In this document: positions 23,869 to 33,972 of the stretch, piece by piece | How the letters are laid out: the number at the start of each line of letters is the position of its first letter | Numbering within the stretch: position 1 is the first letter of the stretch | IMG/VR virus record: IMGVR_UViG_3300012982_000003 | Coordinates: 1 to 40,627 of that record | Reading direction: 5' to 3' (one strand) | From: a virus | Taxonomy: Duplodnaviria > Caudoviricetes | Length of the DNA: 40,627 bases | Made by a program: the position numbers and the translations under genes | Notes under the pieces: model-generated | Database searches by the model: none | What the model was told of the DNA's origin: nothing | Seen by the model: the letters and a program-made list of their open reading frames with translations, nothing else

Positions 23869-25893
23869 TTACCGCATGCCTGCGGCGGGGTCTTGCATTC
23901 GTTCCTGCGGTATTGCACCGGGGGGATTCTGAACAGGACGTTGCGGTGCCGGCATCGCGCCGGGTCTCGGTGTTCCAGGGACCCCCGGATTACCCGGTAC
24001 ACCGGGCTGCCCTTGGTGCGGTGCGGCTGCCTGCGCCTTGGCCTGCATCTGCGCCATGTGCTTCATGATGTGCTGGCGGAATGCGCCTTGAAGGTCGCCG
24101 GTCAACTGCGCAGCTTGTTGGTGCGATTGCACATGCTGAGCATCGTCATCCATCGGCGAGACTTCTACCGGAAGATTGTTATGCAGCATCATGTTTTCTT
24201 CGTCTGGCGATATCGTCATCTTGTGCCGGTTGTCGATAATGACGCGCGGCGCTACAGATGGACCCAGAACCGACTCGGTGACGTAATCGACGATAGGACC
24301 GATATCCAAGGTGCGGCCATTCAATGCTTGCGGCGGAAGTCCACGCAGGACGTTCATCAAGCCTATCTGCTGCTGGACACGCTGCGCGCCCTGTAAAGAC
24401 TCGGTACCGAGCCAGCGGAAGTAATACCGGGTATTGAACTGCTGCGGCGGTATCTTCTCGACGCGCGACTGAACGCCTATCTCTCCCTCGGTCATGACAG
24501 TCAAATCGGTGTCACGGTATTGCTCGTCAAGTTCAAATATCCATTCCAGAATAGGATTCATGACTTCGTTTTCGACGCGGCGTACCGTGTCGTTGATGTT
24601 CTGCAACGCCTCCGACTGCATTTGTGCAATCGCCTGGGCGTTCTTTCTGCCCGGAGGCGCCTTGCCCATCATGGCGTCGTTAACGTCCATAGACTCCATG
24701 ATCTGGGACTTTAAAATCTGCACCATGCCGAGCGCGTCATTCCACAACTGGGGGAAGCTCGCGAACTGTGTATCATTCGGGCTGGTTTCCCAGATAGCTG
24801 CCTTGGCGAGAATCATGGACTCGACGCGCGGATTCTTGAGCGGGTCTGTCATGATGATCGGCAACAGGGAATAGGAAGCTGAATCCATTCCCATGTTGAT
24901 GACATCGTTAACCTGATATTGGAGCTGAGCTACCGCATCCATGCGGGGCTTGCCCCAGAATGAACCCGATATGCTGTCGCAGGGAACCGAGATAATTGGT
25001 ATCTTGCCGCTCCATGTCTGGCAACGTCGTATACCGGGAACGATATCCTTCCCGCCAAAATACACTTCGCAGAGTTCGTCCTCATCCTCGTCAAGCTTCA
25101 TTTTGATGAACGCTTTGTAAACGAGGTAATAGGTTTTCTTTCCGTCCGACTTAACACCGGCATCGGATGTTCGTTTTGTTGCTGGCGACTTGTCCTTTTC
25201 GCCCTTGCTCATCAAAGTGACTTGAGACTGGGTAAAGATTCCGTCCTTGACGTATCTCTTGAGCGCGCCTTCCGACAACCGCAAGGCGACCGCAACAATC
25301 TCGGCATCCTCGATGTTATCGACGGTTGCCGGCATAACAAGCAGGTCTTGAGCGGGGATAATGGTGATGTCCGGTCCTTCTTCTACAACCTCATCCTGCT
25401 CGATATCCTTTACCTCGTCCTTCATGATGCGATGAACAACGCCGCGCTTGATAGATTTCCATCCCATCATCAATGACCACTGACCTTCCACGTCGCCATT
25501 GCGAAGGAGCGCCGGGATAAGGCTTCTCAGCTTTGCAAAGCGTATATGACGGTGAAGGATTGAAAGCGTTGCGTAGTGCGTGTCATTGGTCTCAGAGACG
25601 CACTCGATAAGGCGACCGACATTCGGGAATAACTGACCCATGAACCGCTTGACGCGGGATTCAACGGCGTCCCGTACTACCGGGTAGAAAACCTTGGAAT
25701 CACCGTCATAGGTCTGGTTTTCATTCAGCTTGCAGTTATAGATATCCCAGTATTCGTCTATCTTCTTAGATTGGTCGCGCTTATTCTCGAATCCCTTGAC
25801 CACCTTTTCATAAAACTCTGCGGCACGTTCCCTGATGATCTTCTGGCTGGCGAAGTTTTTCTGTCTATCAATGCCGGGCACGGGGATTTGCAC
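23869..25893 (-). CDS. Portal protein
   Basis: 674 aa after terL; FYPVVRDAVE, SFWGKP, NDVINMGMD, Pro/Gln-rich tail. Confidence 0.85.
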   Translation of the reverse strand: MQIPVPGIDRQKNFASQKIIRERAAEFYEKVVKGFENKRDQSKKIDEYWDIYNCKLNENQTYDGDSKVFYPVVRDAVESRVKRFMGQLFPNVGRLIECVSETNDTHYATLSILHRHIRFAKLRSLIPALLRNGDVEGQWSLMMGWKSIKRGVVHRIMKDEVKDIEQDEVVEEGPDITIIPAQDLLVMPATVDNIEDAEIVAVALRLSEGALKRYVKDGIFTQSQVTLMSKGEKDKSPATKRTSDAGVKSDGKKTYYLVYKAFIKMKLDEDEDELCEVYFGGKDIVPGIRRCQTWSGKIPIISVPCDSISGSFWGKPRMDAVAQLQYQVNDVINMGMDSASYSLLPIIMTDPLKNPRVESMILAKAAIWETSPNDTQFASFPQLWNDALGMVQILKSQIMESMDVNDAMMGKAPPGRKNAQAIAQMQSEALQNINDTVRRVENEVMNPILEWIFELDEQYRDTDLTVMTEGEIGVQSRVEKIPPQQFNTRYYFRWLGTESLQGAQRVQQQIGLMNVLRGLPPQALNGRTLDIGPIVDYVTESVLGPSVAPRVIIDNRHKMTISPDEENMMLHNNLPVEVSPMDDDAQHVQSHQQAAQLTGDLQGAFRQHIMKHMAQMQAKAQAAAPHQGQPGVPGNPGVPGTPRPGAMPAPQRPVQNPPGAIPQERMQDPAAGMR

Positions 25894-27328
25894 TCCGATA
25901 TTTCACGCCGTTTCTGAAATCGTAATTCAATATGTTTTCCTCGGAAGGCTTGGTAATCGCATGACGTAATGACAAACACGCATACCGTGTTGCAGACATC
26001 AAATCTTCATCCACATCGACTATCAGGCCGTTCTTGCGGTGATAGGATTTAAATTCATCGAACCATTCCGTCAGATTGGCAAAGACCTTGAATCTCCCGG
26101 TGTTCATGCGCGTGAACATCTCGAATATGCCGGGTTCGACTTTATTTCCGCCCTGCCCATCTTTCTGTCCGTCAGCGGGCGGATTAGAAAACTTGTCACG
26201 CCTGAGATTCGCGCCGAGTTCACGGTACTGGTGAGCCAGTGACTGACCAGAACCTTTCTCTGTATTCAGACCGTCATGCGGCCAGACGACAGGTATCCAC
26301 TCGCCGCGCGCATTGATGGCCGCAACGTGCATGGGCGGCAGCGTGTGACGTTCCCGGATAGCGTCATACACATAGGCGGTGTCGTTATCACGGTCCCATG
26401 CTATCCAGACACAGGCGAACGGATGGTCCCAGCCAAAATCTATCGCACATATGCGAGGCCAGTGCTTCGGTATATCGAAGGGCTGGACCTTTATATTTTC
26501 TTCTGGAATGGGGAACACGAGTCCTGAACCTATGATCGGGATACCACGTGAGCGCATGTCTCTTTCGAACGGATCAAGCTGCGCGAGTTTTTCCTCCTTG
26601 ATCTCATCCGTCATGTGCGGCGAGTCGTCCCACGAGGCCCGGATAATCGCCTGACCGGGCCTGCGGTGATTCATGAACATATCGACCACTTTGGTCAGTC
26701 CCGCCTCCGGGGTGTAGGTCAGCATCAACAAGCTCTTGTTTGAGACTGCTGCGCGCTGGTACTGCGACCAGATATCGGAAGGCGGTTCTTCGTCGCACCA
26801 GCCAAGGTGTATACGAGTACCCATGTGCTTCTTTGCGCCCTGCTCATAGGCGCGGAACATGACCTTCGACCAGCGGCCATTGACGTTCCTAACCATCACG
26901 GTGTCATAGGCGTTGATGATTCCTGACTTGCGATGACATTTGCCGATGCACTCAAGCGGGATAGTGCCAGTGCCTAATTGAGCGTCATCGGCCGGGTCTC
27001 CGCAGAGAATCAGTTGCAGAATGTCCCGGACAGTATCGTGAGTGAGGCCACCGACCATCGCGGTGATGTTGGTTCTGAACCTGACACCCTCCCACCAGTC
27101 CGGGTAACGTCCGGTGAGGTGAATAGCCGTTTCAAATCCACCCGCCCATGTCTTTCCGATGCCGTTACCGGCCTGCAATGCTTTCTGTGTAGCCGGAAGG
27201 CCTTTGTCACAACGGGCGTTGTGAAAATATTTCTGGAATGAATAAGGTTCGTAATGCTTAAGTCGGTTCGTTCTTTTTTTTATATCGAGCCTTTGATAAA
27301 GATCAAAAAGCTCCTTAATTTCATCCAC
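25868..27328 (-). CDS. terL: Terminase large subunit, P22-like
   Basis: Walker A AGNGIGKT, HLTGRYPDWWEG, Walker B WCDEEP, DFGWDHP, WPHDG, DLMSATRY. Confidence 0.95.
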   Translation of the reverse strand: MDEIKELFDLYQRLDIKKRTNRLKHYEPYSFQKYFHNARCDKGLPATQKALQAGNGIGKTWAGGFETAIHLTGRYPDWWEGVRFRTNITAMVGGLTHDTVRDILQLILCGDPADDAQLGTGTIPLECIGKCHRKSGIINAYDTVMVRNVNGRWSKVMFRAYEQGAKKHMGTRIHLGWCDEEPPSDIWSQYQRAAVSNKSLLMLTYTPEAGLTKVVDMFMNHRRPGQAIIRASWDDSPHMTDEIKEEKLAQLDPFERDMRSRGIPIIGSGLVFPIPEENIKVQPFDIPKHWPRICAIDFGWDHPFACVWIAWDRDNDTAYVYDAIRERHTLPPMHVAAINARGEWIPVVWPHDGLNTEKGSGQSLAHQYRELGANLRRDKFSNPPADGQKDGQGGNKVEPGIFEMFTRMNTGRFKVFANLTEWFDEFKSYHRKNGLIVDVDEDLMSATRYACLSLRHAITKPSEENILNYDFRNGVKYRSANPRARH

Positions 27329-28515
27329 TATCTTGCCTGTGACGGTCTCAAACGATATCCAGCAGGACCACGCCGCAATTGCGATCTACGCGCCGGTCCA
27401 TACGATGGTGTCGGCGGTGGGCCGCCCGGTGTCTTCAACAGCACGATCCCGTCATATCCTTGCAATAGCACGTTCGTGATCGGCGAGCCGTTGTTATAGG
27501 GCTGCACACCGGCAATGGCTTGGTAGCCTGATTCAATTGTTGTGGTCACTGGAGTTGACACATTCGAATTACACAGAACGATGCCGTTGGTGTAATTGCG
27601 TCGCCACACGCCAGTCGAACCAATCTGGAAACAGGCACCCAGGGCAGCGCCAAGGTCGACGTTGTATTCCTCATACCACGGCGGGACGACGGCGCCCACA
27701 GCAATATCCGTATAGGCAAAATAGCCGTCGTAAAGCAGCGTGGTCGTCAACGCGAAACGCATCAACTTATAATCTGTGAGCGCGCCCTGCGCTTGTAGAG
27801 CCACAATGCCGCCCGGTTTTACATTGGCAATTCTTGCCGTGTAACCGGTAATGACATTATTCCACCCGGCGTTGATAGCAGACCACGACAGGGATGGTGC
27901 AATAGCCCCCTCATACAGTGCGTGGTCGCAAAGCTGCGGATACACACTCATATCGCACGCTGCGTTGGCGAACAGTTTTATTGACGGGTTGATCGTTCTG
28001 ATCTTCGCCCACTGGTATTTATTCCCGGCCTGATACGTGGCCTGCGGGATGGGTGATGTGCCGTCTCCAGCCAAAGATGAGTCGCGCACATTGTCTAAAA
28101 ACTGAAAATCGAATGGCGTTGTTTGCTTTGCCGGCGCAAAGAATGTGTCGTAGTCACGCTGCGCTAGCCACTCTGCATAAATCTGACTCATGTCCGTCAG
28201 ATAGTTTCCGGGGAAAGACGCGACTTTGCTACCGTTTACAAGAAGCCAATGATTGTTATTGGTTAAATAATTGGTCTTGTCGGCATCGATATTGTATGGA
28301 TTGACCGGAGACTGGCATTCTTCCAGAATCGTGTACTGACCGACCACGCAACTTGGATTGAACGATTTAATCCCTGCGCACACACCCGTCATGTTCGTTT
28401 GGATATTCCAAAGCCCAATCATCACCCCATTGAACATTGCAAGTTGCTGCTGAATCTTTGGATTACCCAAACTTTGTGTGAGGTTTCCACTGCCGGAAAC
28501 CGCAAACAGTTTCAT
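27328..28515 (-). CDS. Putative glycoside hydrolase (GHL15-like TIM barrel)
   Basis: FLDN, MRFAL...LL.DGYF, WYEEY.VDLG, GVWRRNYTNGIVL.N, DGIVL. Confidence 0.7.
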   Translation of the reverse strand: MKLFAVSGSGNLTQSLGNPKIQQQLAMFNGVMIGLWNIQTNMTGVCAGIKSFNPSCVVGQYTILEECQSPVNPYNIDADKTNYLTNNNHWLLVNGSKVASFPGNYLTDMSQIYAEWLAQRDYDTFFAPAKQTTPFDFQFLDNVRDSSLAGDGTSPIPQATYQAGNKYQWAKIRTINPSIKLFANAACDMSVYPQLCDHALYEGAIAPSLSWSAINAGWNNVITGYTARIANVKPGGIVALQAQGALTDYKLMRFALTTTLLYDGYFAYTDIAVGAVVPPWYEEYNVDLGAALGACFQIGSTGVWRRNYTNGIVLCNSNVSTPVTTTIESGYQAIAGVQPYNNGSPITNVLLQGYDGIVLLKTPGGPPPTPSYGPARRSQLRRGPAGYRLRPSQAR

Positions 28516-30191
28516 ATCGACTTATAGACGATGTTGTAGACGGTGTTAATAGCCAATGCCGTATCGCAAATTAAATCGAAACTGTTTGTCCGGTAATCGT
28601 AGTTCTGATGACACGAACCAATAATGCCTTGGGCCGCGGCATTCTGCGCTGAGAAACTGACGATGAACCACTCTTTTGCATTTGCAGTCGTCACCGTTGC
28701 CAGCAGGCCGCCGGCCGTTATTGCCGAACCGCCCGTACTGATCTGAATCTGACCGAATAAACTGTTTGCATTCGTGTAGATAAATCCGGGGCCATAGGCG
28801 ATCACGGCCTGTCCTGTAGGGCCGCCGAGTTGCGCATCCGCGCCGCGTGCGACCGACATGTTTTCTTCGCCGTTCTGGTGACCATCCCACGTTCCCCAGC
28901 CGCGACGGTTATTAATCGTGCCACGTCCATTGCCGATGTAGTGCGTGAGATACGCCGCGTCATCAAAATCTGTCGATAAATTAGACGTACTGGCGTGGAC
29001 TGATGAAGTGGTTGAGCCATGAATCACTAAATGATTCTCAAATCCACCGAGAATCGAAGACATGCCTATTGTTGAGTTATACAAACTCTGCGCGACAATA
29101 CCGGTACCAGAACCGGAAGGGCTGCCTGCCAGTGTGACGCCTAAGAAGTGACAGCTATCGATACCCGTTGCCACACCGTCAAAAGCCGCCATCGTCATAC
29201 AGGGGAAACCGCCTGTCTTAAGTCCATTAGTGACGGTGCCTGATCCGGTTGCAAGGACGTTGGTTAGGCCGTTGATGCGATTCGACAGCGTGATAACGTT
29301 ACCAACAACAGAGGTTACAAAGTACGTCCAGCCTGCGATAAATCCATACTGGGTTGCCGTTGGCACGACCGCATAGCCGACTAGATACTGGGTGCCGTCT
29401 GTGACTGTAATATTCGCGCTGCCGCTGGTATACGTCGCATTCTGTGTGAACGCCGCCTGATAGTAGGCCGATACTTCCAACTTATTGGCTTCAATGCCTT
29501 GCAGGTTGCATCCGGCCAACGCTTCAAATCTCAGGCCGCGATTCTTAAGATAGCGACGATGCACCTGAAACTGTTTGAATACGCTCTTGCCGGGGATGAA
29601 AGTGCCCTGAGCAACACTTGAAACAAACCGCATGCCGCCATCGACGCCGTCTGTCTGATCGGTGCAAAACAGGTTGGACAAATCCAGCCGAGAGAAATTA
29701 TGCAGCTCCAGCGGCATGGTATTTTTCGTGAGCCAGATATTGTGCAGTGACGAGCCAAATAATCCGGGGTTATTCACGCCGCCGACTTTTATTGGGTATC
29801 GGAATCCCTCAATTGCGCAATCTCTCAAGTGGACATTGCTGACTGCGGTATTTGAAAATCCTACGGGCGGAGACCCGAGATCGGTATTGTTTGCCGTGAA
29901 ACAATCGTAGTTTCCCGTGTAATCGCCAAGGAATCGAGTGCCCGATTTAAACACCCGCGAATCATCCAGCGTGTTGCTGTTGCCGCTGTTATTCCATGTC
30001 GGCGGGACGCCGAACATGCGTATGCCGGGCACCCAGTTGATTGGGCCTGAGCAGACATAATCGGCATCATCGAAATAAATATCTCCGCGTCCTATTGTCG
30101 CTATGACGTTGTTGATGGCTATTTGAGCGTTGGCATCTTGCTTTGGTATATAAACTCCCGGAACGATCTGAACAGGTACTTGAGACCCCAT
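28512..30191 (-). CDS. Tailspike-like beta-helix protein B
   Basis: AQIAINNVIA...G.IYF....Y pectate-lyase-type start; paralogue of 30546-32366. Confidence 0.7.
   Translation of the reverse strand: MGSQVPVQIVPGVYIPKQDANAQIAINNVIATIGRGDIYFDDADYVCSGPINWVPGIRMFGVPPTWNNSGNSNTLDDSRVFKSGTRFLGDYTGNYDCFTANNTDLGSPPVGFSNTAVSNVHLRDCAIEGFRYPIKVGGVNNPGLFGSSLHNIWLTKNTMPLELHNFSRLDLSNLFCTDQTDGVDGGMRFVSSVAQGTFIPGKSVFKQFQVHRRYLKNRGLRFEALAGCNLQGIEANKLEVSAYYQAAFTQNATYTSGSANITVTDGTQYLVGYAVVPTATQYGFIAGWTYFVTSVVGNVITLSNRINGLTNVLATGSGTVTNGLKTGGFPCMTMAAFDGVATGIDSCHFLGVTLAGSPSGSGTGIVAQSLYNSTIGMSSILGGFENHLVIHGSTTSSVHASTSNLSTDFDDAAYLTHYIGNGRGTINNRRGWGTWDGHQNGEENMSVARGADAQLGGPTGQAVIAYGPGFIYTNANSLFGQIQISTGGSAITAGGLLATVTTANAKEWFIVSFSAQNAAAQGIIGSCHQNYDYRTNSFDLICDTALAINTVYNIVYKSI
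28894..28940 (+). repeat. 47-bp exact repeat (other copy 30934-30980)
   Basis: CCCCAGCCGCGACGGTTATTAATCGTGCCACGTCCATTGCCGATGTA. Confidence 0.95.
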
Positions 30192-30517
30192 CAGGACACC
30201 TTGTGGTATGAAAAGGTGGCCGCCCCAGACAACAGGATAACGTCTATGACATATTGATCGGGGACAATGAAATTGTCTTTGTTATTACTTCCGAGCAAGT
30301 AAAATCCGTTATTGACGGTCACAGGCGTTACGGCAATGGATGACGCAAGTTCAATTTTTAACCAGCAATCGACAGTGCACCAAAATGCGTATCTTCCGCC
30401 AGAAAGCGCGCCAGTTGAGACATGTGTTGCCGATACGGAGAGTTGCTGCTGACTGTTGCCGGTTATGATCAATAAATCAGGCGCTCTGGACTGATTTAGT
30501 AATTGGTCATTGTTCAT
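30191..30517 (-). CDS. Small beta-rich virion-type protein
   Basis: Start at MNNDQ (30517); TGATG overlap with next gene. Confidence 0.6.
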   Translation of the reverse strand: MNNDQLLNQSRAPDLLIITGNSQQQLSVSATHVSTGALSGGRYAFWCTVDCWLKIELASSIAVTPVTVNNGFYLLGSNNKDNFIVPDQYVIDVILLSGAATFSYHKVS

Positions 30518-30545
30518 TTTCTGATATCTCGCCGATAGAAAATCT

Positions 30546-32366
30546 TCACGGCGACGTATACCCGAATCGATAGGTCGTGCTTGCCGCAAGGCCGACAGTG
30601 TCAATCCAAACCTCAAAACGATCCGGGAAAAAGCCGCTGACATCGTTGGAGTTCATGTGCACATTGGGCATTACGCCAAGTGCGGCAGCGTTCAGAGGGA
30701 ACAGATTGACGATGAAAAATTCTTTGGCAACATTGGATATCAACGTACAGAGTTTCCCGGGCGTCAGCGTGCCCGTCCCTGTCGTGATCGAAATCATGCC
30801 CTGCGACATGGTGGCTTCAATCGCCGTACTGCCATAGCCAATAGCGACCACGCCACCGGTACCAATTTGCGCCACAGCACCGGGCGTTGCCGTGCCATTC
30901 ATCGGCATGCCGGTGGTGTGCCCGTTCCATATCCCCCAGCCGCGACGGTTATTAATCGTGCCACGTCCATTGCCGATGTACTGAGTCAGGTACGCGCCGT
31001 CATCCCAATCGGTGTTGATGAGGTAATCGGCCATCACGCGGCAATCCGTCGTGCCGCGCAGCACCGAGTCATTAGTGAATGCGCCGCCCGGACAATTCCA
31101 CTCGAACTCGACATCGGCTATACACTGCCCCACAACGCCAGCGACTGTCGCGGTCAGATAATTTCCGCCAGCGGCGCCTTCCACATCGATTGATCGGAAC
31201 TTGGAATTTATAACACCGCTCACGATTGTGTTTGGAGCGCCGCGCCCAATAACCGTTATGCTGGCGTACCCGCTGGAGACCAGCGTCACCGTCGCGTTGC
31301 CGTTCGACACGATAGGCGTGCCGCCCATCATGCTGGCGAGTGTGATATGTGTGGCATCGACGATTGAAGTGACAAAGTAGTTTCGGTAATTGCCTGCGCC
31401 GCCAAAAAATGACGGCGGTCCAGAGCCGACGTTCCCGCTGAGAATGCAGGGAAAATCTACCCGGTAGATACTGGAGTCGGGCACCTGTACGTTTGCCGAT
31501 CCGCTCGTGAATATGGCGGAGTCATTGATGTTGCCATCGCTGCCGAACGCATAGGATTCTAGCCGGTGACAATCGAGTTGATTCAATTGCGACCCGGTCA
31601 AGGACTCAATGACGAGACCCTTGTTATATTTAGATCGTTTCAGGCACTCGACCTGCCCAATTCGACTATTGCCCGGCGTTAAAATACTGGACGATGCGAC
31701 ACTACCGACAAAATGGAATCCACCGTCATAGGTGGCATTGGTGGTGTAGTCGAATAACCGATCAAAGTCAGAATGAACGAAGTTGTGAAATTCACACGGG
31801 TACTTATTGTTGGCGGTCCAGATGTTGAAGATACGGGCGCCGTACAATCCCATGTTGTTGGCCGCGCCGAACTGCATGGGATAACGGAAACCATCGATAT
31901 ACATATCTCGTATCGTGACATTGTCTAGCGTGTTGTTTCCGAAACCGGGATTGACAGGCGATCCCGGGTTAGTGTTATTACCCACAAACGCATCGTAGGT
32001 CGCTGTGCCATTACCGAGTATGCGCGTACCCGATGAATAGACGCGGCCCGCGTCGAAGACGTTGTTGTTTCCGGAGTTAACAAAGGTCGGCGGGACACCG
32101 ATGATGGTTATGCCTGACGGGACGGTGACGGAGGCTGCAAACACATACGTCGAATCGTTCAGGAATATCGTGCCGGTACCTATCGAGGCTATCGCATTGG
32201 TAATCGCCACGTTGTCGGCAACGCCCGTCGCGGGGACCACCGCCGAATTGGTGGGCGCAACATTCCGGTTAACGTGATCCACAATCCAGTTGAGGTCATT
32301 GTTGACAGCGCCGGCATCGGCGTACTGTCCAACAATCGGTGAAGGCAGGGTTGTGATAATCGTCAT
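30546..32366 (-). CDS. Tailspike-like beta-helix protein A with fibre-type N-terminal anchor
   Basis: TGVADNVAITNAI...GTIFL...TY; N-terminus resembles that of the 11240-12295 fibre. Confidence 0.72.
   Translation of the reverse strand: MTIITTLPSPIVGQYADAGAVNNDLNWIVDHVNRNVAPTNSAVVPATGVADNVAITNAIASIGTGTIFLNDSTYVFAASVTVPSGITIIGVPPTFVNSGNNNVFDAGRVYSSGTRILGNGTATYDAFVGNNTNPGSPVNPGFGNNTLDNVTIRDMYIDGFRYPMQFGAANNMGLYGARIFNIWTANNKYPCEFHNFVHSDFDRLFDYTTNATYDGGFHFVGSVASSSILTPGNSRIGQVECLKRSKYNKGLVIESLTGSQLNQLDCHRLESYAFGSDGNINDSAIFTSGSANVQVPDSSIYRVDFPCILSGNVGSGPPSFFGGAGNYRNYFVTSIVDATHITLASMMGGTPIVSNGNATVTLVSSGYASITVIGRGAPNTIVSGVINSKFRSIDVEGAAGGNYLTATVAGVVGQCIADVEFEWNCPGGAFTNDSVLRGTTDCRVMADYLINTDWDDGAYLTQYIGNGRGTINNRRGWGIWNGHTTGMPMNGTATPGAVAQIGTGGVVAIGYGSTAIEATMSQGMISITTGTGTLTPGKLCTLISNVAKEFFIVNLFPLNAAALGVMPNVHMNSNDVSGFFPDRFEVWIDTVGLAASTTYRFGYTSP
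30934..30980 (+). repeat. 47-bp exact repeat, second copy
   Basis: Identical to 28894-28940; offset 2040 bp. Confidence 0.95.
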
Positions 32367-32749
32367 AACACTACCTCCGCGCCAATCGAATAAGTCACAC
32401 TGCTAGCGTCTCCTGCGACCATGTGGACACGCCATGTCTTGGGCAGCGCATCACTCACCGCTGTCGCAGACGCCGTAATGCCCGGATACACCTTCAACAC
32501 CGTGGTTCCTGTCACCGTTATCGCGGCCCCGGCCAGCAACGTGTAATAAACCCCGCTCACCGGGTCTTTCCCCTGAATACTTGGCGTCATACCCGCCACA
32601 GACGCATTGGCCGTCACATTGATAATGACGTGAACCCCGCGACCGCCCGCATTGTCCTGGTCAGACGTATCCGTCGTGACCGTGCGCGCCGCACTCGGCA
32701 GTAACGTCAACTCCCGGTTTCCGGCATTGATATCTACAGGCAGACCCAT
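32363..32749 (-). CDS. Conserved beta-sandwich phage structural protein
   Basis: LLPSAART, IQGKDPVSG.YY.LL, L.VYPG, LP.TWRV, TYSIG. Confidence 0.7.
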   Translation of the reverse strand: MGLPVDINAGNRELTLLPSAARTVTTDTSDQDNAGGRGVHVIINVTANASVAGMTPSIQGKDPVSGVYYTLLAGAAITVTGTTVLKVYPGITASATAVSDALPKTWRVHMVAGDASSVTYSIGAEVVL

Positions 32750-32750
32750 G

Positions 32751-33020
32751 TCATTCCCCTAATGTCAGCAATTTCGGATTCTCGGCAACAATCGCCCGTA
32801 TCCGCTCAATGATCTCTTCTTCACTCAATCCGTCCGCGTCCAGCAGCCGATACTCCACCGCCTGCAAACTCGGCACGCACTTGTCCAGCACAACCTTCGC
32901 CGCAGCGACCTGAGACGGACTCATATCGCGCTCACCCACAACGTGCTCCGTCAATATGTCCATCACCGCCCCACCCTTCTCGGCACGGTCCTCGGACTTC
33001 AATCGGTCAATCATCGACAT
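32751..33020 (-). CDS. Putative terminase small subunit
   Basis: MSPSQVAAAKVVLDKCVPSLQAVE...LSEEEI motif; near head of the late operon. Confidence 0.5.
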   Translation of the reverse strand: MSMIDRLKSEDRAEKGGAVMDILTEHVVGERDMSPSQVAAAKVVLDKCVPSLQAVEYRLLDADGLSEEEIIERIRAIVAENPKLLTLGE

Positions 33021-33408
33021 GAATCACACCCTCTTGCTCCCACCATGACTTCTTCTTCGGACTCTTTACCCGCCGCCCGTCATAAGCAGGGCCACAAACA
33101 TAAAACTCATTCGCCGTAATCGAGTTGTTCGGAATCGGCGGCAATGGCTCATAAGGCTTCGTTGGCTTCCTGCCCTTCCGCCCCTTACCCAGGGCGTATA
33201 TCTCCCACGCCGCCACAATCTCCTTCACGCTGATCTTCCCGCCCGTCAACTCACTCACCCGCTCAGCCCTGGCCTTCGGTATCCCACGGCGCTTCCACTC
33301 ACGCAGCCGGTACACCGTGATCCCCACTTCCTTCGCGACAAACACAGCCCGATGCCGCGCTGGCAAATGACCGGCGACGATCTTTAGCAATCGCTGATAT
33401 AGGCTCAT
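33007..33408 (-). CDS. Cro/YdaS-like HTH protein with C-terminal extension
   Basis: VAKEVGIT...LREWKRRGIP..RA..V..LTGG.IS. Confidence 0.65.
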   Translation of the reverse strand: MSLYQRLLKIVAGHLPARHRAVFVAKEVGITVYRLREWKRRGIPKARAERVSELTGGKISVKEIVAAWEIYALGKGRKGRKPTKPYEPLPPIPNNSITANEFYVCGPAYDGRRVKSPKKKSWWEQEGVIHVDD

Positions 33409-33595
33409 TTCAAAATGGCGAAAAATATGGGGGGGATACAGATTCAACTCACAACACCCCGTCCGGTCCCCGGAGTTCGGGCGCACATGCCCGATTAGGC
33501 GCTAGATCGAGTCCAGCCCGGGCTTTGACGTACAGATTGATGGACAAATACAGGCTAAGCTATTGATTATACTTACTTAGACAACTGATAGCTTA

Positions 33596-33754
33596 TCAGT
33601 TGGCCAGCTTTCTCACGGCCAGGACTAGGCGCAGGTACTCCAGCACGATCTTAGGCGTGTCATGGCCCCAGCGCGTGACTGTGTTAGCTGAGACGCCTAC
33701 ACGACGCGCTAGCTCGGCCCTGGTCCAGCCGATCTGATCTAGCATTTCCTGCAT
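33596..33754 (-). CDS. 52-aa XRE-type HTH protein (not in ORF track)
   Basis: MQEMLDQIGWTRAELARRVGVSANTVTRWGHDTPKIVLEYLRLVLAVRKLAN; GGTG RBS. Confidence 0.75.
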   Translation of the reverse strand: MQEMLDQIGWTRAELARRVGVSANTVTRWGHDTPKIVLEYLRLVLAVRKLAN

Positions 33755-33972
33755 AAATCACCATAATGTGGATACTGGCCCGGCGAATCATCCATATAAT
33801 GGTGATGCTGGCCGTATGTGTGTCTGGCGGGACAGTTTCGGGCTTGTGTGCCCGATTGTGCCCTACATCGTAAATAACTCTTTTAACATCAAGGTTTTAG
33901 ATATCAAACGATTGTTTGCGATATCTTATCGCGCATCCATGCGTGAAATAGGAGGCTCTTACTATATGGTGA

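Noticed and set aside
28894-30980. Diversity-generating retroelement TR/VR pair
   Set aside because: No reverse transcriptase in the window and no adenine-specific mismatches; copies are identical
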